A DNA stretch of 64,000 nucleotides from Alteromonadaceae bacterium. GTDB taxonomy: Bacteria; Pseudomonadota; Gammaproteobacteria; Enterobacterales; Alteromonadaceae. Location of the stretch: positions 5,214 to 69,213 of the forward strand of contig WGGB01000001.1 in the NCBI GenBank assembly GCA_015491935.1, given 5' to 3'. The translations under genes were made by a program, and so were the position numbers. Shown piece after piece: positions 49,397-59,900 of this stretch (positions are counted from its first letter, which is position 1; each line of letters begins with the position of its first letter). Below the pieces are notes generated by a model. It was not told the DNA's origin and did no database searches. It saw only the letters and a program-made list of their open reading frames with translations.

Positions 49397-50107
49397 ATGT
49401 TTCAAACGATAAGTAAGTTTTATCTCGCTATTATAAACAAACTACCTTTATTTAATGGTATTCCTGCCTTAATGATACGCGTTTATTTAGCGCCTATTTT
49501 TATTATTGCAGGTTATAACAAACTTGGTCTAGCTGATCCTGATATAACGGGATTAATGAGTCTATTTGCTAATCCTAATATTGTTGAATGGTTTGGTAAT
49601 AGTGAGTGGGGTTTAGGACTACCATTTCCCGCTTTATTAGCTAATTTAGCCGCATGGTCTGAATTTTTAGGCGGTTGGTTTTTATTATTGGGTTTATTAA
49701 CTCGATTAGTGTCTATTCCTTTAATGTTTACTATGATCATGGCTATGACGACAGTGCATACTGATAACGGTTGGTTTGCAATAACGCCGACTAATCCAGA
49801 TACCAGTCCCGCTAAAGTCGCTTCATGGTTAGGATTTGAACAAGGTGATATAAGTCTTAAAAATAGTGAAGCAACCGCAATACGTTTAAATAAAATGCGT
49901 GAACTATTAGAAGAAAATGGCAATACTGATTGGCTTTATGAAAAGGGTCCTATTGTGGTACTTAATAATGGTATTGAATTTGCGATGACTTATTTAATTA
50001 TGTTGTTAGCATTAATTTTTATTGGCGCAGGGCGTTATACCAGTATAGATTTTTATTTAAGCCGTTTTTTATGTGCAAAATACAAACAAAATAAAGCGAG
50101 CTTTTAA
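49397..50107 (+). CDS. DoxX family membrane protein with ~80-aa hydrophilic insert
   Basis: 236 aa. LMIRVYLAPIFIIAGYNKL and EFLGGWFLLLGLLTRL are DoxX-like. Confidence 0.65.
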   Translation: MFQTISKFYLAIINKLPLFNGIPALMIRVYLAPIFIIAGYNKLGLADPDITGLMSLFANPNIVEWFGNSEWGLGLPFPALLANLAAWSEFLGGWFLLLGLLTRLVSIPLMFTMIMAMTTVHTDNGWFAITPTNPDTSPAKVASWLGFEQGDISLKNSEATAIRLNKMRELLEENGNTDWLYEKGPIVVLNNGIEFAMTYLIMLLALIFIGAGRYTSIDFYLSRFLCAKYKQNKASF

Positions 50108-50387
50108 ATTCCCTAATTTTAAGCCATCCCTTTATTAGCAATAATACAATAAAATCGAGTACACTAAAGGTAATACCAATATCACAAACCAAGTGATCAT
50201 TTATACTTGTTAAAATCACCAACTATCGCGTTATTTATTTTATAATTAGAACAAGTAGTTATTAAAATAAACGCCTTGTATTTGGCAATTTTTCCTGCGT
50301 ATAAAATAGGTCACTTAATTAATGACATTAGTATAATATTTTTACTTTGATGTTCTCGATTTTTTTATATTTTTAGGCGCTTACTTT

Positions 50388-50936
50388 ATGAATGGCATAG
50401 AACTTCTTTTAACTCGGCAATCAACAGCTCAATTAATTTCCCCAGCACCCGATCAAACTTCTTTAGATACTATATTAAAAGCGGCAATGCGTGTACCTGA
50501 TCATGCAGCATTAACGCCTTGGCACTTTACTCTTGTTGCAGGAGATGGATTAGATAGGCTAAGTCATATTTTTACTCAAGCAGCTATAAATATGGGGTTT
50601 AATGAAAATAAAATATTAAAAGCGACAAAAATGCCTTACAGAGCCCCCTTAATTATAATTGTTAGTAGCAATATTGTTAAACATGAAAAAGTCCCTAAGC
50701 AAGAGCAAATTATAACCGCAGGATGCTGTGTGTATGCTATGCAAATGGCAGCATTTTCTCTCGGGTATGGTGCTATGTGGCGAACAGGTGATTTTGCTTA
50801 TAATGAGTATGTAAAACAACAATTAGCGATTAATAAACAAGACGAAATCATTGGCTTTTTGTATGTTGGCTCTTTAGCTAAAGTAGAAAAGAAAAAGACA
50901 AGAAAAAATTATAATGCTTATGTAACGTATTTGTAA
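50388..50936 (+). CDS. ydjA: NAD(P)H nitroreductase YdjA
   Basis: 182 aa, collinear with E. coli YdjA as remembered (ELLL.R.S...L..PAP, RVPDH..L.PW.F, YRAPLII.V, AGC.V.AMQMAA, GFLY.G, C-terminal VTYL). Confidence 0.88.
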   Translation: MNGIELLLTRQSTAQLISPAPDQTSLDTILKAAMRVPDHAALTPWHFTLVAGDGLDRLSHIFTQAAINMGFNENKILKATKMPYRAPLIIIVSSNIVKHEKVPKQEQIITAGCCVYAMQMAAFSLGYGAMWRTGDFAYNEYVKQQLAINKQDEIIGFLYVGSLAKVEKKKTRKNYNAYVTYL

Positions 50937-51119
50937 TATCAAGCAAGAAAGTAAGATTAACTTATTGTTTTTATTCATGTAAAAAGATGTGGTTGTTCTA
51001 TGTTTTTTATTGCTTTTTGAATAACGAACCTTGAGTATAAAAAATAGGCTCTATTAGCGTTAATTGTAGGTCTGCACTAAACTAAAACCATATCGTTGAT
51101 ATTAACGGGATGGTTTTAG

Positions 51120-51998
51120 ATACGCAATCACGAATTTAAACAAATTATTCATTCACTTTTCAACCTTACTGGCACTCAAAAGCGAGAATTGCTTGATGCG
51201 GTAAAATCTGAGTTAAATCGCAGCCAAACTGAGCCGATGATTGAAGATATTAAAGGTGATGTTACTTGTTGTCCTCATTGCGGTAGTACAGCCATTCAAC
51301 GATGGGGGAGATCTTCAGGCTTACAGCGTTTTAAGTGCAAAGAGTCTGAATGTGGCTCAACCTTTAATCCCTTAACTGGAACGCCATTCGCTCGATTACG
51401 CCATCGAAACCGATGGATTCAAAACCTTGACGGAATGCAGTACGGATTAAGTATCACAAAAATGGCTGAACTGATGGGCGTTGCGAGAACTACCGCTTTC
51501 CGTTGGCGACATCGATTTTTAGCTGCACCAACGGCAGCACGACCTACAGAGGTTAGCGGCATCATAGAAGCGGATGAAACGTTCTTTACTGAGCCATTTA
51601 AAGGTAATCAGACCATCGACAAACGCAAGTCCAGAAAACGTGGCAAACAAGGTAATAAACGCTCTAATGCCGATAAAATAGCTGTACTTATTGTCAAAGA
51701 TCGCAGCGGAGTAACGACTGACTACGTGCTTGGCGAGCATAATAATCAGGCTATTATTGAAAAGCTTGAGCCGATTGTAAATAAGGATTAAATTCTCTGC
51801 TCTGATGGTGCTCTCGCTTATAAAAACTTTGCTAAAAAGCATGGTATTACACATCATAGACTGATCGCTCTTGATGGAAATCGAGTGATAGGAAAGGAAT
51901 ACCACATTCAAAATGTCAATGGATATACTCGTGGATGGGACGTTTTAATGGCGTTGGCACCGCTTATTTAGGTAACTTATGTGGAGTCCACATAAGTT
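51120..51998 (+). pseudogene. IS1595-family (ISXO2-like) transposase gene, decayed: in-frame TAA, frameshift, 3' truncation
   Basis: Zinc ribbon CCPHCGS...FKCKESECGSTFNPLTGTPF, DDE region IIEADETFF... In-frame stop at 51789-51791 (VNKD*ILCSDGALAYKNF...HIQNVNGY). The expected continuation (WMGRFNGVGTAYLGN) is in another frame from ~51935. No canonical ATG start; the open frame begins after a TAG at 51117. Confidence 0.75.
51974..51998. repeat. Perfect 12-bp-arm palindrome at the junction of the two IS remnants
   Basis: aacttatgtgga g tccacataagtt. The left arm is the last recognisable IS1595 coding sequence (..LGNLCG) and the right arm is its inverted copy. Confidence 0.85.
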
Positions 51999-52005
51999 GA
52001 CGTCT

Positions 52006-52808
52006 GATACGCGAATCACCGCGCAACCAAGACAATTACACGACAAGTAGAGCGGGCGAAAGATAAAGCAGAAAAAGAATTAGTTCATTTACAAGCTCAG
52101 CGCTTTGCCTGCGAAACAGATGCACAGCGTCATATTGATAAAGTAAGTAAAAAGTTAAAATATCATCAAGTCAGTACGACTCAGCATGTAGAACATAAGG
52201 TGTATGAAGGTAAAGGTCGCCCCAAAAAAGGTGCAAAAGTTAAGTGTATAGAGTGGCAGGTGCTCGCTGAAATTGAAGAAAATCAAACAGCGATAGCTCA
52301 GGCCGTTGAGCAAAAGTCATGCTTTATTCTTGCGACTAATATCGACGATAAAGCGCTTTTACCTATAGAAATATTAGCGCATTACAAAGCACAATCTGCG
52401 GTTGAAAGAGGTTTTAGGTTTTTAAAAGACCCTTTGTTTTTTGTTTCATCATTATTTATCAAAAAGCCAAGTAGAATCGATGCCCTGTTGATGGTAATGA
52501 CACTATCATTACTTATTTATTCTATTGCTCAGCGACGGATGCGAGCGAATATGAAAAAGATTGAAGCAACTATCCCAAACTAAATTAATCAAGATACGGC
52601 AACACCTACATTGCGTTGGGTATTTCAATGTTTTGACGGAATTAACTTACTTCAGCAAGGTGATAGTTATTTTTATGAAAAACTTCATCTCGACGGTTTT
52701 AACGAGCTAAGGCAAAAGATAATCAAACTTATTGATGGCCATGCAATGCATTTATATAAAATCAAAAAAGTTGCCTGGGGTCTGATCAATGTCTGTTATA
52801 TTAGCTAG
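52006..52808 (+). pseudogene. IS1634/IS4-family transposase, C-terminal fragment with in-frame nonsense codon
   Basis: The frame is open from ~52006 (..ITRQVERAKDKAEKELVHLQAQRFACETDAQRHIDKVSKKLKYHQV...YEGKGRPKKG...SCFILATN...HYKAQSAVERGFRFLKD). TAA at 52581-52583 lies in the same frame as the continuation INQDTATPTLRWVFQCFDGINLL (track ORF 52611-52808). The N-terminal half of the transposase is absent. Confidence 0.7.
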
Positions 52809-52844
52809 TATAATAGAGTAAACACTAATTATAAGAATACAAAA

Positions 52845-52873
52845 AAGCCCAATAAAATAAAATTATTGGGCTT
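52845..52873 (-). terminator. Rho-independent terminator downstream of fabA (bidirectional shape)
   Basis: aagcccaata (52845-52854) pairs with tattgggctt (52864-52873), flanked by an A-run and a T-run. Confidence 0.7.
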
Positions 52874-52925
52874 TATCGGTTAATTAAATTTGTTTAACAC
52901 TTTATTAAAATAGTGAAATACACTT

Positions 52926-53444
52926 TTAAAATTTAGAGGTGTCAGCAAACAATCCAACTTTTAAATCTTTAGCACTATAAATTTCACGGCCGTCAACACT
53001 AACTGTGCCATCAGCTAATCCCATATAAAGCTTACGTTTAATTACACGTTTTAAATCTATTTTAAAGGTTACTTTTTTCGCTGTTGGTAATATTTGCCCT
53101 GTAAATTTTACTTCACCCACACCTAAAGCACGACCTCGACCTGGACCACCAGTCCAAGCTAAGAAAAAACCAACCAATTGCCACATAGCATCTAAGCCCA
53201 AACAACCAGGCATAACAGGATCGCCCTTAAAGTGACAATCAAAAAACCATAAATCAGGAGAAATATCGAGTTCAGCAATTATTTGCCCTTTGCCATACTC
53301 GCCACCGTCATCATTAATAGTAATGATACGATCCATCATTAACATATTATCTGAAGGTAATTGGCTGTTACCTTCGCCAAACATTTCGCCTGTACCTGCT
53401 TTTACTAAATCTTCTTTAGTATAAGAACTTTTTGGTGTCATCAT
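52926..53444 (-). CDS. fabA: 3-hydroxydecanoyl-ACP dehydratase/isomerase
   Basis: 172 aa. [24 protein letters not shown] active-site region (His and Asp). Confidence 0.95.
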   Translation of the reverse strand: MMTPKSSYTKEDLVKAGTGEMFGEGNSQLPSDNMLMMDRIITINDDGGEYGKGQIIAELDISPDLWFFDCHFKGDPVMPGCLGLDAMWQLVGFFLAWTGGPGRGRALGVGEVKFTGQILPTAKKVTFKIDLKRVIKRKLYMGLADGTVSVDGREIYSAKDLKVGLFADTSKF

Positions 53445-53648
53445 ATTTTAAATAACCATTAATAATTTTGAAGGCGCTACTTTAGCGAACACTTGTACAC
53501 TAAACAACTCCGAACAGTTAAAAAAGTTTGTATTAAATCAAATTTTAAGCATTTTTAGTGTGATTTTTGCTATAGTGATATTTAAAGTGGTTATGCGTAA
53601 CTTGTTTGTAGCTTTAAAAACAATAAAAAGCTAAAGGAAACTCACTAA

Positions 53649-53936
53649 ATGAAAAATAATACAACCTCAAGCGAAGATAAAATTAAGACTAAAAAGCCAG
53701 CATTAACCAATGCTCAAAAGCAGCAGCGTTATAGAGAACGACAAAAACTTAAAGGAAAAAAAGAAATGCGCGGTTATTTGTCTAAAGAAGCCTTGGTCTG
53801 TTATGAATTAATACAACAGCAAACACAATGGTCTGATTCAATTATCTTAAGTAATGCCGTAAGACTTACTTATGCTGCTTATAAAAATGGTCAAATAGGC
53901 TTGTTGAATAATTGGCTAAATGAACATGATTTATAA
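53649..53936 (+). CDS. Small basic protein, possibly a ribbon-helix-helix/CopB-YbfE-like DNA-binding protein
   Basis: 95 aa. LTNAQKQQRYRERQKLKGKKEMRGYLSKEALVCYELI resembles the basic N-terminal part of YbfE/CopB-type proteins from memory. Weak. Confidence 0.35.
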   Translation: MKNNTTSSEDKIKTKKPALTNAQKQQRYRERQKLKGKKEMRGYLSKEALVCYELIQQQTQWSDSIILSNAVRLTYAAYKNGQIGLLNNWLNEHDL

Positions 53937-53996
53937 TCTAAAAAGATAATATTCAACGATAAAAATTATTATAATATTCCCCTTAAGAGAGCCGTC

Positions 53997-56852
53997 GTGT
54001 CAGCAAAGTTGCAGTTATTAAAAAAAGAACGGGTTGCATTATTTGCGAGTAATATTGCTGATTTTATTGCAGAAAAAAATATTATTACCCGTTATATTCA
54101 ACGTTTTGCCTATGGCACTGATGCCAGCTTTTACCGTTTAGTGCCCGCTATTGTGGTACGCATTGATAATCAAACACAGTTAATTCAGTTAATTAAGTGT
54201 GCCCGTTCTTTTAATTTATCTATTACCTTTAGAGCCGCTGGTACTAGTCTTTCAGGTCAAGCGATCACTGATAATATCTTAGTGCTTTTGTCTCATCATT
54301 GGCAACAATATGAAATAATCAATAATGGCGAACAAATAAAGCTTCAAACTGGGATTATTGGCGCACAGGCTAATAAGTTATTACAACCTTATGCGCGTAA
54401 AATAGGACCGGATCCAGCCTCTATTAACAGTTGTAAAATTGGAGGTATTGCCGCCAATAATGCTTCTGGTATGTGCTGTGGTGTTAAAAATAACAGTTAT
54501 CATACTTTAGCGGCAATCAAGGTAGTATTTGCTGATGGTAGTGTTTTAAATACCCGTGATAATGACTCTAAAACTGCATTTATAGCGACTCATCAAAAAC
54601 AAATACAGCAATTATTATTGTTAGCACAACAAATAAAACAAACTCCCGCATTATTGCAACGCGTACAACATAAATACCGCCTTAAAAATACGACTGGTTA
54701 TGGTATTAACGCCTTAGTCGATTTTGATGATCCTATTGATATTATTAGTCATTTAATGATTGGTTCAGAAGGAACCTTAGCTTTTATTAGCGATATTACA
54801 TATAAAACTATTGCGATAAAAAAATATAAGACGGCTGGTTTATATTTATTTGATACTATGCAAGTTGCATGTCAGTTGGTCGAAAAAATAGCTCATGAGA
54901 AAGTTGATGCCGTTGAAATACTGGATGCTCGAGCTTTAAATTCAGTTGCGTCATCATTAGCCAAAATCCTCGATTTTAATCAGGCCTCTAATAACACTGC
55001 TGGCTTATTAATTGAATTTAGTGCTGATGATGAATCATCATTATTAAATATAAACAATAAACTTGAAGCATTATTACAGTCTTTTAAAAAGCATATATTA
55101 CCCAGTAAAACATTTACTCAAGATGGTAATGTTATTGAGCAACTTTGGAAAATACGTCAAGGCATGTTTCCTGCTGTTGGTGCTAATCGTCGCTTAGGAA
55201 CAACCGTTGTTATTGAAGATATAGCGCTACCTCTGAACAAACTTGCGGCGGGGGTTGAACAATTACACCGTTTATTTGAGCAGTTTGGTTATGATGAAGC
55301 CATTATTTTTGGTCACGCTTTAGCGGGCAATTTGCATTTTGTTTTTACTCAGTCTTTTGAAACGTCAATAGAAATAAAACGTTACCATGATTTTATGGCT
55401 GCGGTAAGTAAAATGGTTGCCATTGATTTTAACGGTTCACTTAAGGCAGAACATGGTACAGGTCGAAATATGGCGCCATTTGTGGAGCTAGAGTGGGGCA
55501 CCGATCTTTATAAGATTATGCAGCAAATTAAGCATATTTTTGATCCCGATAATTTATTTAATCCTGATGTCATTATTAGTCACAATAAAAATAGTCATAT
55601 TGAAAATTTAAAAGCAATGCCACTTGCCGATGAGTTTATTGATCACTGTATTGAATGCGGTTTTTGTGAGTCAGTATGTCCATCTAATCATTTAACGCTA
55701 ACACCAAGGCAACGCATTTCAGTGTGGCGGCGTATTTCTCAATTACAATCTTTGGCTGATAATCATTATATTTTACCCGCACAACAACAGGAGTTGGTAA
55801 ATTTAAAGCAAGATTATCAATACTTTGGTATAGATAGTTGCGCGGCTACTGGGCTTTGTGGGCAATCATGCCCAGTAGATATTGATACAGGGGTTTTTAT
55901 TAAAAAGCTACGCGCCCAAAAGGTTAGTCCGTTAGCTAAAAAAACAGCACAACAGTTAGGCAAGCATTTTTCAACACTCACTAGCATTACTAAATTTGCT
56001 TTAAATAGTGTAGATTTAGCCAGTAATGTTTTGCCAAATAACCTTATGTATAAAACGTTTTCTGTGATGAATGATTTAACGCGAAATAGAATACCTAAAT
56101 GGCATCCGACTTGGCCAAGAGGGGCGAAAAAGTACCAATTTAAAACAACACATTTTGCTCAAAAAGTCGTTTATATCCCGAGTTGTGCTAATCGTATTTT
56201 TGCGACAGAGAGTAAAGCTGAAGATCAACGAGCATTACCTGAAGTTATGTCTTCGTTATTAGCTAAAGCTAAAATATCAATGGTTATTCCCGAAGATATT
56301 GCTCACTTATGTTGTGGTATGCCGTGGGAATCTAAAGGTATAAATGATGAGGCTAATCGCCAAAAACAAGCATTTATTAACGCCATAATGCAAGTGTCTG
56401 AGCAAGGAATATTACCCGTTATAACTGATGCAAGTCCTTGCGCATTAACGCTTAATCAAAATAATAAAGTTAAAGTTTATGAGGCGAGTGAATATATTGT
56501 CAAATATATACTCCCTAAACTTACCATACATAAAAATACGGAGACTTTTATGCTTCATAAAACGTGTAGTAGTATAAAAATGGACAATGGTCGTTACTTA
56601 GAACAAATAGCGTATGCTTGCAGTGATAATATTATTATTCCTGATAATATTCATTGTTGTGGCTTTGCTGGTGATAAAGGTTTTTATTTTCCAGAATTAA
56701 ATAAAAATGCCTTGCAAGGGTTAGCCGCACAAGTGCCATCTTCGTGTCAACATGGTATCAGTAATAGCCGTACTTGCGAAATAGGGTTAACTAAACACAG
56801 TAACGTGAGTTATCAGTCCTTTTTATATTTGTTAGACAAGGTTAGTTTATAA
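53997..56852 (+). CDS. FAD-linked oxidase fused to Fe-S/CCG domains (Dld-II-type D-lactate dehydrogenase-like)
   Basis: 951 aa with a GTG start. FAD_binding_4 N-terminus (FRAAGTSLSGQA), central CIECGFCESVCP and a second cluster motif (CAATGLCGQSCP), and C-terminal Cys-rich CCG-type repeats (HLCCGMPW, IHCCGFAGDKG). Confidence 0.8.
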   Translation: MSAKLQLLKKERVALFASNIADFIAEKNIITRYIQRFAYGTDASFYRLVPAIVVRIDNQTQLIQLIKCARSFNLSITFRAAGTSLSGQAITDNILVLLSHHWQQYEIINNGEQIKLQTGIIGAQANKLLQPYARKIGPDPASINSCKIGGIAANNASGMCCGVKNNSYHTLAAIKVVFADGSVLNTRDNDSKTAFIATHQKQIQQLLLLAQQIKQTPALLQRVQHKYRLKNTTGYGINALVDFDDPIDIISHLMIGSEGTLAFISDITYKTIAIKKYKTAGLYLFDTMQVACQLVEKIAHEKVDAVEILDARALNSVASSLAKILDFNQASNNTAGLLIEFSADDESSLLNINNKLEALLQSFKKHILPSKTFTQDGNVIEQLWKIRQGMFPAVGANRRLGTTVVIEDIALPLNKLAAGVEQLHRLFEQFGYDEAIIFGHALAGNLHFVFTQSFETSIEIKRYHDFMAAVSKMVAIDFNGSLKAEHGTGRNMAPFVELEWGTDLYKIMQQIKHIFDPDNLFNPDVIISHNKNSHIENLKAMPLADEFIDHCIECGFCESVCPSNHLTLTPRQRISVWRRISQLQSLADNHYILPAQQQELVNLKQDYQYFGIDSCAATGLCGQSCPVDIDTGVFIKKLRAQKVSPLAKKTAQQLGKHFSTLTSITKFALNSVDLASNVLPNNLMYKTFSVMNDLTRNRIPKWHPTWPRGAKKYQFKTTHFAQKVVYIPSCANRIFATESKAEDQRALPEVMSSLLAKAKISMVIPEDIAHLCCGMPWESKGINDEANRQKQAFINAIMQVSEQGILPVITDASPCALTLNQNNKVKVYEASEYIVKYILPKLTIHKNTETFMLHKTCSSIKMDNGRYLEQIAYACSDNIIIPDNIHCCGFAGDKGFYFPELNKNALQGLAAQVPSSCQHGISNSRTCEIGLTKHSNVSYQSFLYLLDKVSL

Positions 56853-56955
56853 AACGGTTGCCAAAACAGTGTTCGTTCGAGTTGGCGATAACCTAGTTGC
56901 TTTAGGATGACTCAAGTACAAGGATTTTGCTATAATCGCGCGGTTGTATAATTAA

Positions 56956-59900
56956 TTGTGTGGAATTATTTTGTCTCTTACTGGCTCTTCTCAAAATTCG
57001 TCAAATGCTAATAAAAATAATCAAAATGAAAAGAGTGAACTTGTGCCTTCATTAAAATCACTGTTCTCTTTATTAAAGCAAACTAAAAATAGTGATCATG
57101 GTCGTTTAAAAAATCGCTTACACGGCATAAAAAAAATAACGAATGAAGCTAAAAAACAACAAGCTCTTACCACTATTGCCAAGGCAATTGAAGCATCAAT
57201 AGCAGCTAAACAAATTAAATTAGCCAATTTACCTCAAGTAACTTACCCTGATTTACCCGTGAGTGATAATGTTGATGTTATTAGCGAGGCTATTAAACAT
57301 AATCAAGTTGTGATCATTGCGGGGGAAACAGGCTCAGGCAAAACAACACAAATACCTAAAATTTGCCTTGAATTAGGACGTGGGGTTGACGGCTTAATTG
57401 GTCATACTCAGCCACGTCGTATTGCTGCGCGTACTGTCGCAAGCCGTATTGCGCAAGAATTAAATAGTAATATTGGTGATGTGGTCGGTTATAAAGTGCG
57501 CTTTACTGATCACGTCACTGAACGCAGTTATATTAAATTGATGACTGATGGTATTTTGTTAGCAGAAATGCAAAAAGATCATTTATTACGTCAATACGAC
57601 ACTATCATTATTGATGAAGCGCATGAGCGTAGTTTAAATATTGATTTTATTTTAGGTTATTTAAAGCAAATTTTACCGCGTCGACCTGATTTAAAAGTCA
57701 TTATTACTTCAGCCACCATTGATCCGCAGCGTTTTGCGGAACATTTTTGTGATGCTCAAGGTAAACCTGCTCCTATTATTGAAGTATCGGGGCGTACTTA
57801 TCCTGTAGATATTCACTATCGACCGTTGCTTGGTGACAATACAGAAGAATCAGATACGCAAGATATTATTTCAGGCATTTTAGCTGCGGTGGATGAATTA
57901 TCACAGAGTAGTTATGGTGATATTCTGATCTTTTTAAATGGCGAACGTGAAATACGCGATACGGCGTATGCACTAGAAAAAGCACAACTTCGCCATACGC
58001 AAATATTACCCTTATTTTCGCGATTAACCGTGCAAGAACAAAACCGTATTTTTGCACCGCATAGTGGTCGAAATATTGTTTTAGCAACCAATGTTGCCGA
58101 AACATCCTTAACGGTTCCTGGTATTAAATATGTAATTGACCCAGGAACCGCGCGTATTTCTCGCTATAGCTATCGCACTAAAGTACAGCGTTTACCGATA
58201 GAACCAATATCACAAGCCAGTGCCAATCAACGTTCTGGTCGTTGTGGACGAGTATCTGCAGGTATGTGTATTCGTTTATATTCAGAAGAAGACTTTAATA
58301 ATAGGCCAGAATTTACTGATCCTGAAATATTACGTACTAATTTAGCCACCGTTATATTACAAATGTTGGCGCTTGATTTAGGCGAAATTAGTGATTTTCC
58401 ATTTTTACAGCCGCCAGATAATCGAAATATTAATGATGGTGTACGTTTATTAGAAGAACTCGCCGCAGTTGAAAATACTATTTCTAAGCAAAGTCATCAT
58501 GGACATAAGCTTACGAAAGCAGGGCGTTTATTAGCCAAGTTTTCGATTGATCCGCGCTTAGCTAAAATGCTCTTAAGTGCTATCGAAACTAATTGTGTCC
58601 AAGCGGTTATGGTGATTATTGCAGGTTTGAGTATTCAAGATCCGCGTGAACGTCCCATGGAAAAACAACAAGCGGCAGATGAAAAGCATAATCGTTTTAA
58701 AAATAAAGAATCAGATTTTATATCACTATTAAATTTATGGCAGTATGTCAGCGAACAACAACAGCAATTAACAAATAATCAATTTAGACGTTTATGCCAA
58801 AAAGAATTTCTTTCTTATGTTAGATTGCGTGAATGGCAAGATATTGTCAGTCAATTAACACAAACCCTTAAAGAGTTAAAAATGCCACTAGGAAAAGCAT
58901 TTTTAACGCATTCAATAGTAGAAGAAAATATAGCCTCCCAAACCAAACAGCAATTACAACAACAAAATGATGCTATTCATCAAGCGATACTTTCAGGGTT
59001 ATTAAGTCATTTAGGGCAGTTAGATGAGAACCGTGAGTATAAAGGCGCACGCGGTACACGTTTTTATATTTTCCCAGGTTCGGGGCTAGCTAAAAAATCC
59101 CCCAAATGGTTAATGGCGGCAGAGTTGGTAGAAACCAGTCGTTTATTTGCTCGCATGGCGGCAAAAATAGAACAACAATGGATAGAACCATTGGCTCAGC
59201 ATTTAACTAAACATAATTACAGTGAACCACATTGGGAGAAAAAACAAGGCGCGGTAATGGCATACGAACAAGTATCGCTATACGGCATGATCATTGTTGC
59301 CAAACGCAGTATTCATTTTAAACAGTTTGAGCCACAAACTTGTCGAGAAATTTTCATTCGTGAAGCCTTAGTAAATGGCGATTGCGAATTAAATGAAGCT
59401 TTTTTTCAGCATAATAATAATCTTGTTAGGCACATAGAAAAGTTAGAGCAAAAAGCACGCCGTAAGGATTTTTTAATTGATGAAGAACAGTTATTTGACT
59501 TTTATCAGCAAAAAATTCCCCAAGAGGTGGTTTGTTTAGCCAGTTTTAAAGCATGGTGGCAAAAGGCGAAAAAGGTTGATGCAAAACAGCTTCATTTTAC
59601 TAAAGACTTTTTATTAAGTGACAAAGCAAAAGTACTCTCAAAAGCTGATTATCCCGACACATGGCGACAAGGTTCGTTAACCTTGCCGTTAAGTTATCAT
59701 TTTAGCCCTGGTGATGTGGATGATGGTGTTTCAATTACGATCCCTATTGGCGTGTTAAATCAAATAGAAAATACAGGTTTTGACTGGTTAATTCCTGCAT
59801 TACGAAATGAATTAGTGATCGCGTTAATTAAAGCCTTACCAAAAAGTTTGCGCCGTAATTTTGTACCTGCGCCTAATTATGCCGAGGCGTGTTTGGCACG

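Noticed and set aside
49513-49923. 136-aa minus-strand ORF.
   Set aside because: It is antisense within the DoxX-family gene and is a shadow frame.
51519-51911. 130-aa minus-strand ORF.
   Set aside because: It is antisense to the IS1595-like transposase remnant, whose plus-strand reading has clear family motifs.
53460-53648. Searched for a LexA box or other palindromic operator upstream of the small basic protein.
   Set aside because: No CTGT-N8-ACAG or comparable inverted repeat is present. Only scattered half-sites were found.
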